Shown one piece after another: positions 33,301-41,456 of a stretch of 64,000 nucleotides of DNA. Numbering within the stretch: position 1 is the stretch's first letter; the number at the start of each line of letters is the position of its first letter. The DNA is from Flavobacteriales bacterium. GTDB taxonomy: Bacteria > Bacteroidota > Bacteroidia > Flavobacteriales > BACL11. Position numbers and translations under genes: made by a program. A model generated the notes under the pieces. It ran no database searches. It was not told where the DNA came from and was given only the letters and a program-made list of their open reading frames with translations. Location of the stretch: the NCBI GenBank assembly GCA_002697505.1, contig NZWA01000041.1:11186-75185 (forward strand), in the 5' to 3' direction.

Positions 33301-35265
33301 GTCCAATCTCCAACTATAGATTATACTTTAACTGGTAATACAGGCATAGTTTTTACCACCGGAGTTCCAAGCGGGCAAGAATTAAATATTCGTCATCTTG
33401 CGATGGGACCGAGCGGTGTGGCAGGCCCAACGGGTCCGACCGGCCCAGCAGGTTCCACAGGTCCAAGTGGAGCGGATGGGGCTGCGGGGCCAACTGGACC
33501 TACAGGTCCTACGGGTCCGACTGGCCCTAGTGGCGCGACAGGCGCTACAGGTCCCGCCGGTCCCGCCGGAGCAGACGGCGCAACAGTAACTGGTGTTGGG
33601 ATAGCTTTTAGCCAAACATTTACAGGTGACGGAGCTACATCAAATTATGCTCTTAGCGCAGGAGTCAGTGCTACTAAAGACATACTGGTAACAATTCAAG
33701 GATTTGCTCAAACGCCTGACATAGATTATAACTTATTAGGGACAACTGGTATTTCTTTTAATGGAAGTATAATAAGTGGACAAGAAGTTAATGTTAGACA
33801 TCTTGCAATGGGGCCAAGCGGCGTTGCGGGAGCGACAGGTCCAACAGGCCCAGCGGGTTCGACAGGGCCAAGTGGCGCGACTGGCGCGGCTGGCCCTACC
33901 GGTCCGACCGGCCCTACCGGCCCTACCGGTCCGACTGGCCCAAGTGGCGCTACTGGTCCTACGGGTCCGACTGGGCCAACGGGTCCTACTGGCCCTTCAG
34001 CCGCCGCCGCTGTCGAAGGAACGGGAGTTTCTGGCTATGTGGCAAGGTGGGCTAGCGCCGATACTTTAACAAGTGGAGCGCTTTTTGATAATGGAACGAA
34101 TGTTAGTATAGGAACAACAAACGCTAAAGATAAATTTCATGTAAATGGTGGTAATATAATGATTACTGACACTTCGCCAGAACTCACTTTTGAAACGTCT
34201 AATAGTAGTCATTACAACTGGCAAATTGCCGCTCAAGAAAATGTAAGTGATACTCTAGAGTTTTCTGTTGGTAGCGCTGACGCAGATGCATCAAACGACA
34301 CATTTTCGCCAAAAATGGTTATTGCACAGGGAGGCAATATTGGCATAAATCAGACAAATCCGCAAAGAAGGCTCCACGTCGTTGGCGATGTAGAAATTTC
34401 AGGAACTATATTCCAAAGCGGCTCTGTATTTGAAGGAGGCGGAGGCGGAGGAGGCGGATCGTCTACGTTCGTTGGCTTGAGCGACACTCCTGCCAACTTT
34501 ACAAGTTCTGCTAATAAATTCTTAAGAGTTAACGCAGCAGCTAACGCAGTAGAGTTCGCAGACGGAAATGGATTGCTAGATATAACTAGCACGAAGTTCA
34601 CAGGAGATGGATCAACTTCAGGCTATGCTTTGTCTTCGACAGTCAACAGCGCTAGTAACCTAATTGTTACAGTTGGTGGTCTTGTTCAAACTCCAGTAGA
34701 AGATTATACAATAGTTGATGGCACTGGAGTATTTCTAGACGAAAATGTAGTAAGCGGAGCAGTAGTAGAAGTAAGAAAAATATCACAAAATTCTTTTTCT
34801 TCTGACGATTCTGTAGCAGATGCATTCACAGGAGACGGCTCAACTTCAGGCTTCGCTTTGTCATTTAGTCCTAATGATAAAGCCGCAAACGTACTTGTGT
34901 CTCTTAATGGCATTATTCAGCAACCAGATACGGCGTATGTAGTAAATGGGACTACTCTTAATTTTGCTTCTGGCACTGTAGCAAGCGGAGATGTAATTGA
35001 TGCTAGACATATAACAATTGGCCAGTCTGGCGCTTCCGCAGGTTCGGCGAGCATTAGCTATCATCAAGATATATTTACAGGTAACGGAGTCGTATCCGGC
35101 TTTTCAATGGGAAGAACAGTTTCTAATATTCTAGAAACAACTGTATTTGTAAATGGCTTAGCTCAGATATCTGACGTAAACTATTTTGTAGATGGAACAG
35201 GGTTGACTTTTGCTTCTGGTGATATAGCCAGCGGCGATTTAATAATGGTTAGACATGTATACTAA
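30343..35265 (+). CDS. Giant collagen-like fibre with a cupredoxin-like domain
   Basis: 1640 aa. It has seven G-X-Y blocks, eight FTGDG modules, three VGDVEISG hinges, one cupredoxin-like domain (aa ~92-208), and ends in IMVRHVY. Confidence 0.85.
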   Translation: MATEIKKLRPESIRTTGASANDVLTISGGETVFANELSLSGLNIGTSESVAGKKLNIVGDVEISGTLFQSGDIFTSSPDLTQSGFLTEESTSGTYSTQFNVTAGGGVYYVSEITAGSHTTTSQVQQLELYLQRGNSYKFTTDSSTNGHPLIVVTQGGGGGYTYEYTSGVTNSRAQNGGILYFRVPQSAPDTLYYQCGVHSNMGAAINIVGASGATGPTGPTGPTGPTGPTGPTGPTGPTGPAGSDGSDGATGPTGPTGPTGPTGPTGPSGATGATGPAGPTGPTGPTGPSGATENLSASGFVDSSTNQTIGGNKTFINDVSINNLTVTGTTTTVNTTDLNVKDNIIKINSGEAGAGISLNSGGLVIDRGSATDANILFNDTTDRFEVNFPIATEGTLIPTAFTGLTDTPGSITAGQVLVGSGSSITFSGTDALVGPAGSTGPTGPTGPTGPSGATGAAGSTGPTGPTGPTGPTGPTGPTGPTGPAGAGGGGGASATLTSDTFTANGALTGFSLSLTPSGVNSILVSIGGILQTPTTNYVLDGSTLNLTSAPPSGAEIEVRNLDYQGASGATGATGPAGPTGPTGPTGPAGATGPSGATGATGPAGPAGADGATVTGVGIAFSQTFTGDGTTANYALNAGINTTKDVLVSIQGYVQTPDIDYTLLGTTGISFSTGVMNGHEVNIRHLAMGPSGVAGATGPTGPAGSTGPSGATGAAGPTGPTGPAGSTGPTGPTGPTGPTGPTGPSGATENLSASGFITTGDTGNFADTTILESFSQGLNVGTSSNLASRKLHVVGDVEISGTIFQSGSVFEGGGGGGGSSTFVGLSDTPGSFTANKYVRVNSAGNALEFTETVGGINSTDIFTGDGSVSGFLLTPTAVTSTKDLLVSINGVLQRPDTDYSIVGNTGLFFNTSVTSGYFVEARHIVGVSGAAGPAGPAGPAGPSGASVTGVGIAFDQSYTGNGSTTNYALSSSVSHVRDLLVVVEGMVQSPTIDYTLTGNTGIVFTTGVPSGQELNIRHLAMGPSGVAGPTGPTGPAGSTGPSGADGAAGPTGPTGPTGPTGPSGATGATGPAGPAGADGATVTGVGIAFSQTFTGDGATSNYALSAGVSATKDILVTIQGFAQTPDIDYNLLGTTGISFNGSIISGQEVNVRHLAMGPSGVAGATGPTGPAGSTGPSGATGAAGPTGPTGPTGPTGPTGPSGATGPTGPTGPTGPTGPSAAAAVEGTGVSGYVARWASADTLTSGALFDNGTNVSIGTTNAKDKFHVNGGNIMITDTSPELTFETSNSSHYNWQIAAQENVSDTLEFSVGSADADASNDTFSPKMVIAQGGNIGINQTNPQRRLHVVGDVEISGTIFQSGSVFEGGGGGGGGSSTFVGLSDTPANFTSSANKFLRVNAAANAVEFADGNGLLDITSTKFTGDGSTSGYALSSTVNSASNLIVTVGGLVQTPVEDYTIVDGTGVFLDENVVSGAVVEVRKISQNSFSSDDSVADAFTGDGSTSGFALSFSPNDKAANVLVSLNGIIQQPDTAYVVNGTTLNFASGTVASGDVIDARHITIGQSGASAGSASISYHQDIFTGNGVVSGFSMGRTVSNILETTVFVNGLAQISDVNYFVDGTGLTFASGDIASGDLIMVRHVY
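30970..31221 (+). repeat. Collagen-like G-X-Y block 1
   Basis: GAS GAT (GPT)n ... GPS GAT, in frame with the ORF at 30343. Confidence 0.9.
31645..31818 (+). repeat. Collagen-like G-X-Y block 2
   Basis: GPA GST GPT ... GPA GAG GGG. Confidence 0.9.
32038..32181 (+). repeat. Collagen-like G-X-Y block 3
   Basis: [15 protein letters not shown] ... GAD GAT. Confidence 0.9.
32407..32586 (+). repeat. Collagen-like G-X-Y block 4
   Basis: [12 protein letters not shown] ... GPS GAT. Confidence 0.9.
33127..33180 (+). repeat. Collagen-like G-X-Y block 5 (short)
   Basis: [18 protein letters not shown]. Confidence 0.85.
33406..33585 (+). repeat. Collagen-like G-X-Y block 6
   Basis: GPS GVA GPT ... GAD GAT. 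It shares a 76-bp exact repeat with block 3. Confidence 0.9.
33811..33999 (+). repeat. Collagen-like G-X-Y block 7
   Basis: GPS GVA GAT ... GPT GPS. It shares a 62-bp exact repeat with block 4. Confidence 0.9.
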
Positions 35266-36374
35266 TGAAGTTACCTAAATTAACAAATTTATCAGTTACC
35301 GGAACGACGGTTGGAGATGTGCATTTTCCGAAAGTGAAGCTGTTGCTGCCTTTTGATGGTTCGAACGGCGCAACGTCAACTACTGATAGTAGCAACGCTA
35401 ATAACTCAGTGACTTTTGTCGGTACTGCTCAGTTGTCTACGGCGCAAAGTAAGTTTGGTGGGAGTAGCCTTCTACTGGATGGTAATAGCGACTACATATA
35501 TATAGCTAACGATGACTTAGATTTTTCAAGTACTGAAAGTTTTACTCTTGAATTTTGGATCTATTTTAATGATATAGACGATGGAAATATAGTAAATTTT
35601 TACTCTGATTATTCTGGAGCCAGCAACGGAATGTCAATTGATAAGAGTACTAGTAATGTGCTTAGAGCTCACAATGGAGACTCGACCCGTATTACTGGAA
35701 CAACAACAGTTTCAGCTGGCCAATGGTATCACATAGCGCTGTCTGGTACTTCTGGGAGTTATAAATTATTTCTAAACGGAACTCAAGAAGGTAGCACTAG
35801 CAGTAACGGCTTCACAGGCGGCACTACTAATAAGTATATAGGGACTTTCTATTGGGCAGGTCTAGGAGGGGCTGTTCGTCTTGTAAACGGGTATATTGAA
35901 GATTTTCGTATCACGAAAGGTGAAGCACGCTATACTTCAAACTTCACCCCGCCGACTTCCGCCCATTTAACTTCCGCCGGAGACGTTAACAAGCACATCG
36001 TTGTAAACTCGGGCGCTGACGGCGTGGCGATAGGAACTGGCGGCATTTCTCAAGCGCGGATTGCGAAAGCGTGGGCTGATATTGATGGAAGTCAAGCGGC
36101 GGCGAACATGATTGCGTCAAGTTATAACATCAGCAGTATAACCGATAATGCCACAGGGGTATTTTCATTTAACTTTTCGACAGCTATGACCGACGCTAAC
36201 TATAGCGCTGTAACAAGCCTCGGATTAGATGGCGGACTCGCTACCTCTGTAGCTAGTTGTAAATTACAAGACAAGACAACTGCCTTAACTAAAGTAAGAT
36301 GTACTTATCGTAGTTCAGGAGCAGCAACTGATTATGATTATAATATTATATGTTTGATAGTTTTTGGGAATTAA
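35265..36374 (+). CDS. LamG-type fibre-tip paralogue P3 (type A)
   Basis: 369 aa. The start overlaps the fibre stop (TAATG), exactly as for P1. It has the LamG pattern, the hinge block and a VFGN end. Confidence 0.8.
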   Translation: MKLPKLTNLSVTGTTVGDVHFPKVKLLLPFDGSNGATSTTDSSNANNSVTFVGTAQLSTAQSKFGGSSLLLDGNSDYIYIANDDLDFSSTESFTLEFWIYFNDIDDGNIVNFYSDYSGASNGMSIDKSTSNVLRAHNGDSTRITGTTTVSAGQWYHIALSGTSGSYKLFLNGTQEGSTSSNGFTGGTTNKYIGTFYWAGLGGAVRLVNGYIEDFRITKGEARYTSNFTPPTSAHLTSAGDVNKHIVVNSGADGVAIGTGGISQARIAKAWADIDGSQAAANMIASSYNISSITDNATGVFSFNFSTAMTDANYSAVTSLGLDGGLATSVASCKLQDKTTALTKVRCTYRSSGAATDYDYNIICLIVFGN

Positions 36375-36380
36375 AAAAAT

Positions 36381-37547
36381 ATGGCTTTATCAAAATTAAG
36401 ACTAGGACAGTTAAAACCAGCCGACGGATCAACGACGGTTGGAGATGTTTACTTCCCTCAGACAAGTTTATTGTTGCCTTTTGATGGGTCGGACGCAGCC
36501 ACTAGCACTAGTGACTTAAGTAACAGAAATGCAACTGTTACTTTTGCTGGCACGGCTCAATTATCTACTGGACAAAGTAAATTTGGCGGATCCAGTTTGC
36601 TATTAGATGGTAACAGCGACTATGTATCAATTTCTGACAGCTATTGGAATACCGCTTTCGACAGTGGAGATTTTACTGTTGAATGTTGGGTAAGATTTGA
36701 TTCGGGAGTTCTTGATGGCTCCACTTCTGTTGAATTTATGGCGACTAGGGGAAACAGCGGCGGTTCATCAACTAATGGCTGGGGCCTTAGGAAGTATAAT
36801 GATAATTTTATAGCTTGGTATATGCGTATAGGTAGTAGCTGGGTTTATCTTAATTATTCTCAAGGAACTAAAACAACCGTATCAGCGGACACTTGGTATC
36901 ACGTTGCGGTAACAAGAAGTGGTAATACTTGGAAACTATTTTTAAATGGAACAGCCGAAGATACAATCACTAATTCAGGCAGCATAACTTCTGCCAATGG
37001 CGATAGATTCGTTATAGGAGCCTTGGCTGGCGGCAACTTCAGTGGAGATCTCTATATGGATGGCTATATAGAGGACGTTAGAGTCACTATAGGACATGCT
37101 CGTTATACTTCAAATTTCACAGCGCCAACTTCTGCACACTTAACTTCCGCCGGAGACGTCAACAAACACATCGTCGTCAACTCGGACGCTGATGGAGTGG
37201 CGATCGGCACGGGTGGGATAAACCAAGCGCGGATCGCGAAAGCGTGGGCAGAGTTTGATGGGTCAGGTATTACTCTAAACGCATCTTATAACGTAAGCAG
37301 TATTACTGATCATGGTAATAGAGATTATACTATAAACTTTGGTACAGCAATGGCAGACACAAATTATAGTATAGTAGGATCAAACATAGGGCAAAGCTCA
37401 TCCATTTCGTATTATTGGTCTGTGGTCACATCGAGCGGGAATGCAAAAACCACAAGCGGAGTAAGAATAAATATACCACATATTGAGGACAGTAGTTTGA
37501 CAAGTAACGACCCAGACGCAGTAAACGTAATAGCCTTCGGCAATTAA
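36381..37547 (+). CDS. LamG-type fibre-tip paralogue P4 (type B)
   Basis: 388 aa. The N-terminus LSKLRLGQLKPADGSTTVGDVYFPQT matches P2. It has the LamG pattern, the hinge block and an AFGN end. Confidence 0.8.
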   Translation: MALSKLRLGQLKPADGSTTVGDVYFPQTSLLLPFDGSDAATSTSDLSNRNATVTFAGTAQLSTGQSKFGGSSLLLDGNSDYVSISDSYWNTAFDSGDFTVECWVRFDSGVLDGSTSVEFMATRGNSGGSSTNGWGLRKYNDNFIAWYMRIGSSWVYLNYSQGTKTTVSADTWYHVAVTRSGNTWKLFLNGTAEDTITNSGSITSANGDRFVIGALAGGNFSGDLYMDGYIEDVRVTIGHARYTSNFTAPTSAHLTSAGDVNKHIVVNSDADGVAIGTGGINQARIAKAWAEFDGSGITLNASYNVSSITDHGNRDYTINFGTAMADTNYSIVGSNIGQSSSISYYWSVVTSSGNAKTTSGVRINIPHIEDSSLTSNDPDAVNVIAFGN

Positions 37548-37549
37548 AA

Positions 37550-38707
37550 ATGAAAAAGTTACCAATAGATTATTTAGGAGCTTTTGGATCGACAGTTGGA
37601 GACGTACATTTTCCGAAAGTTAAATGGCTGTCGCCTTTCGATGGAACGAACGGCGCGACGACAACGACTGACTCGAGCAACTCTAACTCTTCATTAACTT
37701 TGCAAGGTTCAACTCAGATTTCTACAGCACAAAGCAAATTCGGCGGTAGTAGTATGTATGTGCCAAACAGTGCTCAACAAGGAGTTTACGCTAATGTTGC
37801 TGGGACTACAGTTAATTTAACGGGAGACTTTACTATTGAATGGTGGATAAGAAGAGTGCAGGTTTCGTATGCTAATAGTATGGCGCAACTAATATATGGA
37901 ATGCCATTGGCAGACGATTTAACCGGATATGCTATGGTAGTAGGATACTATGGTTCAAGCGCAAGCACGACTCAGGGTCTTATGTATGTTAGTAGTAATG
38001 GATCTAGTTGGAACGTGGCTTCAGCAGTTCAACTTGGTACCGGCAGCTTAGGGACTGTTGGTCAATGGGTGCATATGGCATTGGTCAGATCTGGTTCTGA
38101 CTGGAGTTATTATGTTGATGGTACAAGGACTTACACTGGGTCTCTTGGTTCTGCTACAATATCGACTCCCGGAAGCTACATGTACCTAGGTAGAGCTTGG
38201 GGCGACGTAAGCTCAATGGAAGCTTACTACGATGACTTTAGGGTTACTCAAGGGCTTGCTCGATACACCGGAGCCTCTTTTACAGTTCCTACTACAGCGC
38301 ATCTGACTTCGGCTGGAGACGTCAATAAGCAGATCGTCGTCAACTCGGACGCGGACGGTGTAGCGATTGGCACAGGCGGAATAAACCAAGCGCGGGTTGC
38401 GAAAGCTTGGATAAACTTTAACGGGTCTGGAACAGTTGCTATAAGAGATAGTTATAATTTCAGCAGCTTGACTGACGATGGAACAGGCTTGTATAAAGCT
38501 AATTTTTCTACCGTTATGTCTGATACTAATTATTCGTTCGTGGCCGAGTCATGTGGCACATTAAATGGTATAAATAATGAAAACGGGTTTACAAACCACG
38601 CGAGGAGAGCTGCCATGTCTACAGATTATATTGGAATAGGCACTAGTGCACACGACGGTACTTTTTATGACGCTACGATAGTAATGGCGCAAGTTTTCGG
38701 GAATTAA
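37550..38707 (+). CDS. LamG-type fibre-tip paralogue P5 (type A)
   Basis: 385 aa with the same architecture and a divergent LamG core. Confidence 0.8.
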   Translation: MKKLPIDYLGAFGSTVGDVHFPKVKWLSPFDGTNGATTTTDSSNSNSSLTLQGSTQISTAQSKFGGSSMYVPNSAQQGVYANVAGTTVNLTGDFTIEWWIRRVQVSYANSMAQLIYGMPLADDLTGYAMVVGYYGSSASTTQGLMYVSSNGSSWNVASAVQLGTGSLGTVGQWVHMALVRSGSDWSYYVDGTRTYTGSLGSATISTPGSYMYLGRAWGDVSSMEAYYDDFRVTQGLARYTGASFTVPTTAHLTSAGDVNKQIVVNSDADGVAIGTGGINQARVAKAWINFNGSGTVAIRDSYNFSSLTDDGTGLYKANFSTVMSDTNYSFVAESCGTLNGINNENGFTNHARRAAMSTDYIGIGTSAHDGTFYDATIVMAQVFGN

Positions 38708-38710
38708 AAA

Positions 38711-39847
38711 ATGAATATAACTAAACCAAGATTAGATCAATTTAAAATAACCGGAAGCACGGTTGGAGATTTGTATTTTCCGAACGTCATCTTTCTTGCC
38801 AAGTTTGATGGCTCAAATGGCAGCACCAGCATCACAGATTCCAGCAACAAAAATAATTCAATAACTGTAAACGGAGGCGCTCAAATTTCGACGGCGGCTA
38901 GTAAGTTCGGCGGGAGTAGTCTTAAACTTGACTATGAAAATGCTGGGACAGGAGATAGATTAGTTGCCGATACAGTGGCGGATAATTTAACGTCAACTAC
39001 TCATACTATAGAGTTTTGGTTTAAAACTGATATGGCAGATGGTCATATCACTAGCCAAAATCCTGCCTTTTTTGGATTTAATGATGCTGGTAGCAGTTAC
39101 GATAATAGACTCGTACTACTAATGTATAGCAAAACCGAACTTCGCTTTTATCGTGGCGTTAGTTATACAGCTTTGACAGTCAGCGCTTTAAATGATGACG
39201 CATGGCATCATATAGCAATTGTTTCTGACGGAACAGATTATGATATATATTTAGATGGCAGCAGAATAAGTTCAGATGCAGGGGATTCTAGGCAAATAAA
39301 TTCAAACGATACTTTTATTATCGGCGCAGAACTGGATTCTGGTCCAAGTACAGGTAATTATTTTAGCGGCTATATAGATGATTTTAGAATTACTAACGCA
39401 GTAGCTAGATATAGTGGAGCTTCTTTCGCTTTACCTACAACGCATCTGACTTCCGAGGGAGATGTCAATAAACACATCGTCGTCAACTCCGATGCGGATG
39501 GAGTGGCGATTGGAACAGGCGGCATTAACCAAGCGCGGATTGCAAAAGCATGGATAAATCTTGACTCAACTCAAGCAGCAGCAAGTATGATAAGGGAAAG
39601 CTATAATGTTAGTAGCATGACGGACACAGCTACAGGCAGATATACTATTAATTTTTCGACTGCTTTATCTAATGCAAACTATTGTTTTGCAGGTAGCGCA
39701 GGAAATAATGCGAGCACAACTACAAACGGTAGGGACATTACAAATGACGGGACAAGAACAACTTCTGCATTGCCGATAAGAGTGACTCGTGACAATGACG
39801 TAGCCGTAGAAGATTCTTATGTAGGAATAATAGTTTTCGGGAATTAA
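38711..39847 (+). CDS. LamG-type fibre-tip paralogue P6 (type A variant)
   Basis: 378 aa with the same architecture (GDLYFPNV...; IDDFRITNAVARYSG; hinge block; VFGN end). Confidence 0.8.
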   Translation: MNITKPRLDQFKITGSTVGDLYFPNVIFLAKFDGSNGSTSITDSSNKNNSITVNGGAQISTAASKFGGSSLKLDYENAGTGDRLVADTVADNLTSTTHTIEFWFKTDMADGHITSQNPAFFGFNDAGSSYDNRLVLLMYSKTELRFYRGVSYTALTVSALNDDAWHHIAIVSDGTDYDIYLDGSRISSDAGDSRQINSNDTFIIGAELDSGPSTGNYFSGYIDDFRITNAVARYSGASFALPTTHLTSEGDVNKHIVVNSDADGVAIGTGGINQARIAKAWINLDSTQAAASMIRESYNVSSMTDTATGRYTINFSTALSNANYCFAGSAGNNASTTTNGRDITNDGTRTTSALPIRVTRDNDVAVEDSYVGIIVFGN

Positions 39848-39850
39848 AAA

Positions 39851-40063
39851 ATGAAAAAAATTTTACTAACTTTTACTTTAATTTTCTCCGGTTGTTCAAC
39901 CGTAGACGATCAAGGTAGGTTGGAAAAAGTCAGAATCGCCGTACCAGCTTTCTTCCAAATAGAAATGGACTACTATAAAGATAAAGAGAACAAAGGCAAG
40001 GGAAGTGTAAGTACTGATACTGTTAACGGTTATCCTAAATTAATGGACATGATAAGAAAATGA
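39851..40063 (+). CDS. Small lipoprotein embedded in the LamG array
   Basis: 70 aa with a signal sequence plus lipobox-like LIFSG|C. It begins at the same TAAAAAATGAA junction used by the paralogues, and its stop overlaps the P7 start (ATGA). Confidence 0.6.
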   Translation: MKKILLTFTLIFSGCSTVDDQGRLEKVRIAVPAFFQIEMDYYKDKENKGKGSVSTDTVNGYPKLMDMIRK

Positions 40064-41163
40064 GTTTTAACGCGCCAGATATAAGACAGTTTAAGTTGAC
40101 CGGAAGTACGGTTGGAGATGTACACTTTCCAAAAGTGAAGCTTCTTTTACCTTTCAATGGCTCAAACGGTGCAACGTCAACGACTGATAGTAGTAATAGT
40201 AATAATTCAGTGACTTTCGTTGGTACTGCTCAAATATCCACGGCGCAAAGCAAGTTCGGCGGCAGCAGTATGTTGTTCGACGGTGATAGCGATTATTTAA
40301 CTGTAACTAATAGTAGTTTTAGCACTTTTAATGCGTCCGGTGCGACGTTTACTATAGAATTTTGGGTTTATTTTAACTCCATAAGTGGACAACAAGACTT
40401 TGTAATGAATTATGCTAGTTCTAGTGGTGGGCTAATAATTAGAAAAACTAGCGGGCATGTCATACAGACAAACTTATCGGGAGATGGTGCTGATATAACT
40501 GGTACGACTACGGTGTCAACTGGCCAGTGGTATCATGTAGCATTATCTGGTTCTAGTGGAAGTTATAAGTTGTTTTTAAATGGTACCCAAGAAGGCAGTA
40601 CTTATACGGGGGCACTTGGGGCTGGTAGTAGTACTTATCAAATAGGAGCCTTTTACTGGTCGAGCACTCTTTATAATCCCCTGAATGGGTACTTGGATGA
40701 TATGCGTTTCACCGCTGGTCTAGCAAGATATACTTCAAACTTTACTCCGCCAACTTCTGCCCATTCAACTTCCGCCGGAGATGCAAATAAACAAATAATT
40801 GTAAACTCCGACGCGGATGGAGTTGATGTAGGAACCGGCGGAATAAACCAAGCACGGATTGCAAAAGCTTGGGTTAATTTTGAGGGAACGGATACCTCTA
40901 ATATAAGGGGTTCTTATAATGTGAGTAGCATTTCTGACAGAGGTACTGGACTATTTACGGTTAATTTTTCGACAGCGATGACTGACGCAAATTATGCCGT
41001 TAATGCTACGAGTGGTCACGGCAGCGATACTGCTACGACGGCAACCGCTCGTACAGGAGGAACTATTTCGACGACGGCTTGCCATATAAGTACTGGTTAC
41101 AGATCAAGCTCTTCGGTGCTTGCAGATATGAACTATAACGCGGTAACATTTTTCGGGAATTAA
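40060..41163 (+). CDS. LamG-type fibre-tip paralogue P7 (type A, closest to P3)
   Basis: 367 aa. It shares GTTTVS.GQWYH.ALSG.SGSYKLFLNGTQEGST with P3. It has the hinge block and an FFGN end. Confidence 0.8.
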   Translation: MSFNAPDIRQFKLTGSTVGDVHFPKVKLLLPFNGSNGATSTTDSSNSNNSVTFVGTAQISTAQSKFGGSSMLFDGDSDYLTVTNSSFSTFNASGATFTIEFWVYFNSISGQQDFVMNYASSSGGLIIRKTSGHVIQTNLSGDGADITGTTTVSTGQWYHVALSGSSGSYKLFLNGTQEGSTYTGALGAGSSTYQIGAFYWSSTLYNPLNGYLDDMRFTAGLARYTSNFTPPTSAHSTSAGDANKQIIVNSDADGVDVGTGGINQARIAKAWVNFEGTDTSNIRGSYNVSSISDRGTGLFTVNFSTAMTDANYAVNATSGHGSDTATTATARTGGTISTTACHISTGYRSSSSVLADMNYNAVTFFGN

Positions 41164-41168
41164 AAAAA

Positions 41169-41196
41169 TTGACTTTTAGCAAAAAAAATCTATAAT
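41169..41196 (+). promoter_or_regulatory. Sigma70-like promoter, TTGACT-N16-TATAAT
   Basis: TTGACT lies at 41169-41174 and TATAAT at 41191-41196. It sits in the gap after the LamG array and is immediately followed by an AGTGTAAT motif. Confidence 0.6.
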
Positions 41197-41197
41197 A

Positions 41198-41205
41198 AGT
41201 GTAAT
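41198..41205 (+). promoter_or_regulatory. AGTGTAAT motif
   Basis: Exact 8-mer, 8 nt before the ATG at 41214. Confidence 0.45.
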
Positions 41206-41213
41206 ATAATAAA

Positions 41214-41450
41214 ATGGACATCACAGGAAGAATCATTTATCCGACAGCTCCCGCAGAAGGAGAAAGCCATAGCGGTGTCGCAGTAGTTGTCCCGGCTCCT
41301 CAGGCCGTCGAACGAGGCGAAACCCATGAAGAGTTTATGGCTAGAATTGCCGCTAAAGACGTACCCGCAGGAGTTCCTTATCAAATTATCCCTATCGGCG
41401 ACCTCCCTGCCGACAGGTATTTCAGAAACGCTTGGGAGTATTCGGAGTAA
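41214..41450 (+). CDS. Small protein, possible N-terminal half of a split gene
   Basis: 78 aa ending in ...DLPADRYFRNAWEYSE. It is in the same frame as the next ORF and separated from it only by TAA TAA ATT. It looks GC-richer than its surroundings by eye. Confidence 0.5.
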   Translation: MDITGRIIYPTAPAEGESHSGVAVVVPAPQAVERGETHEEFMARIAAKDVPAGVPYQIIPIGDLPADRYFRNAWEYSE

Positions 41451-41456
41451 TAAATT

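Noticed and set aside
30970-33999. Whether the highly regular short repeats could be a CRISPR array or a satellite.
   Set aside because: The period is 9 bp, in frame, and encodes G-X-Y collagen-like triplets within one continuous 1640-codon ORF. There is no repeat-spacer structure.
28109-41163. Whether the variable LamG array could be driven by a diversity-generating retroelement (DGR).
   Set aside because: No reverse-transcriptase-like ORF is visible anywhere in the window. I saw no template/variable repeat pair with adenine-specific mismatches. The paralogues differ throughout, including indels, which fits old duplications and not mutagenic retrohoming.
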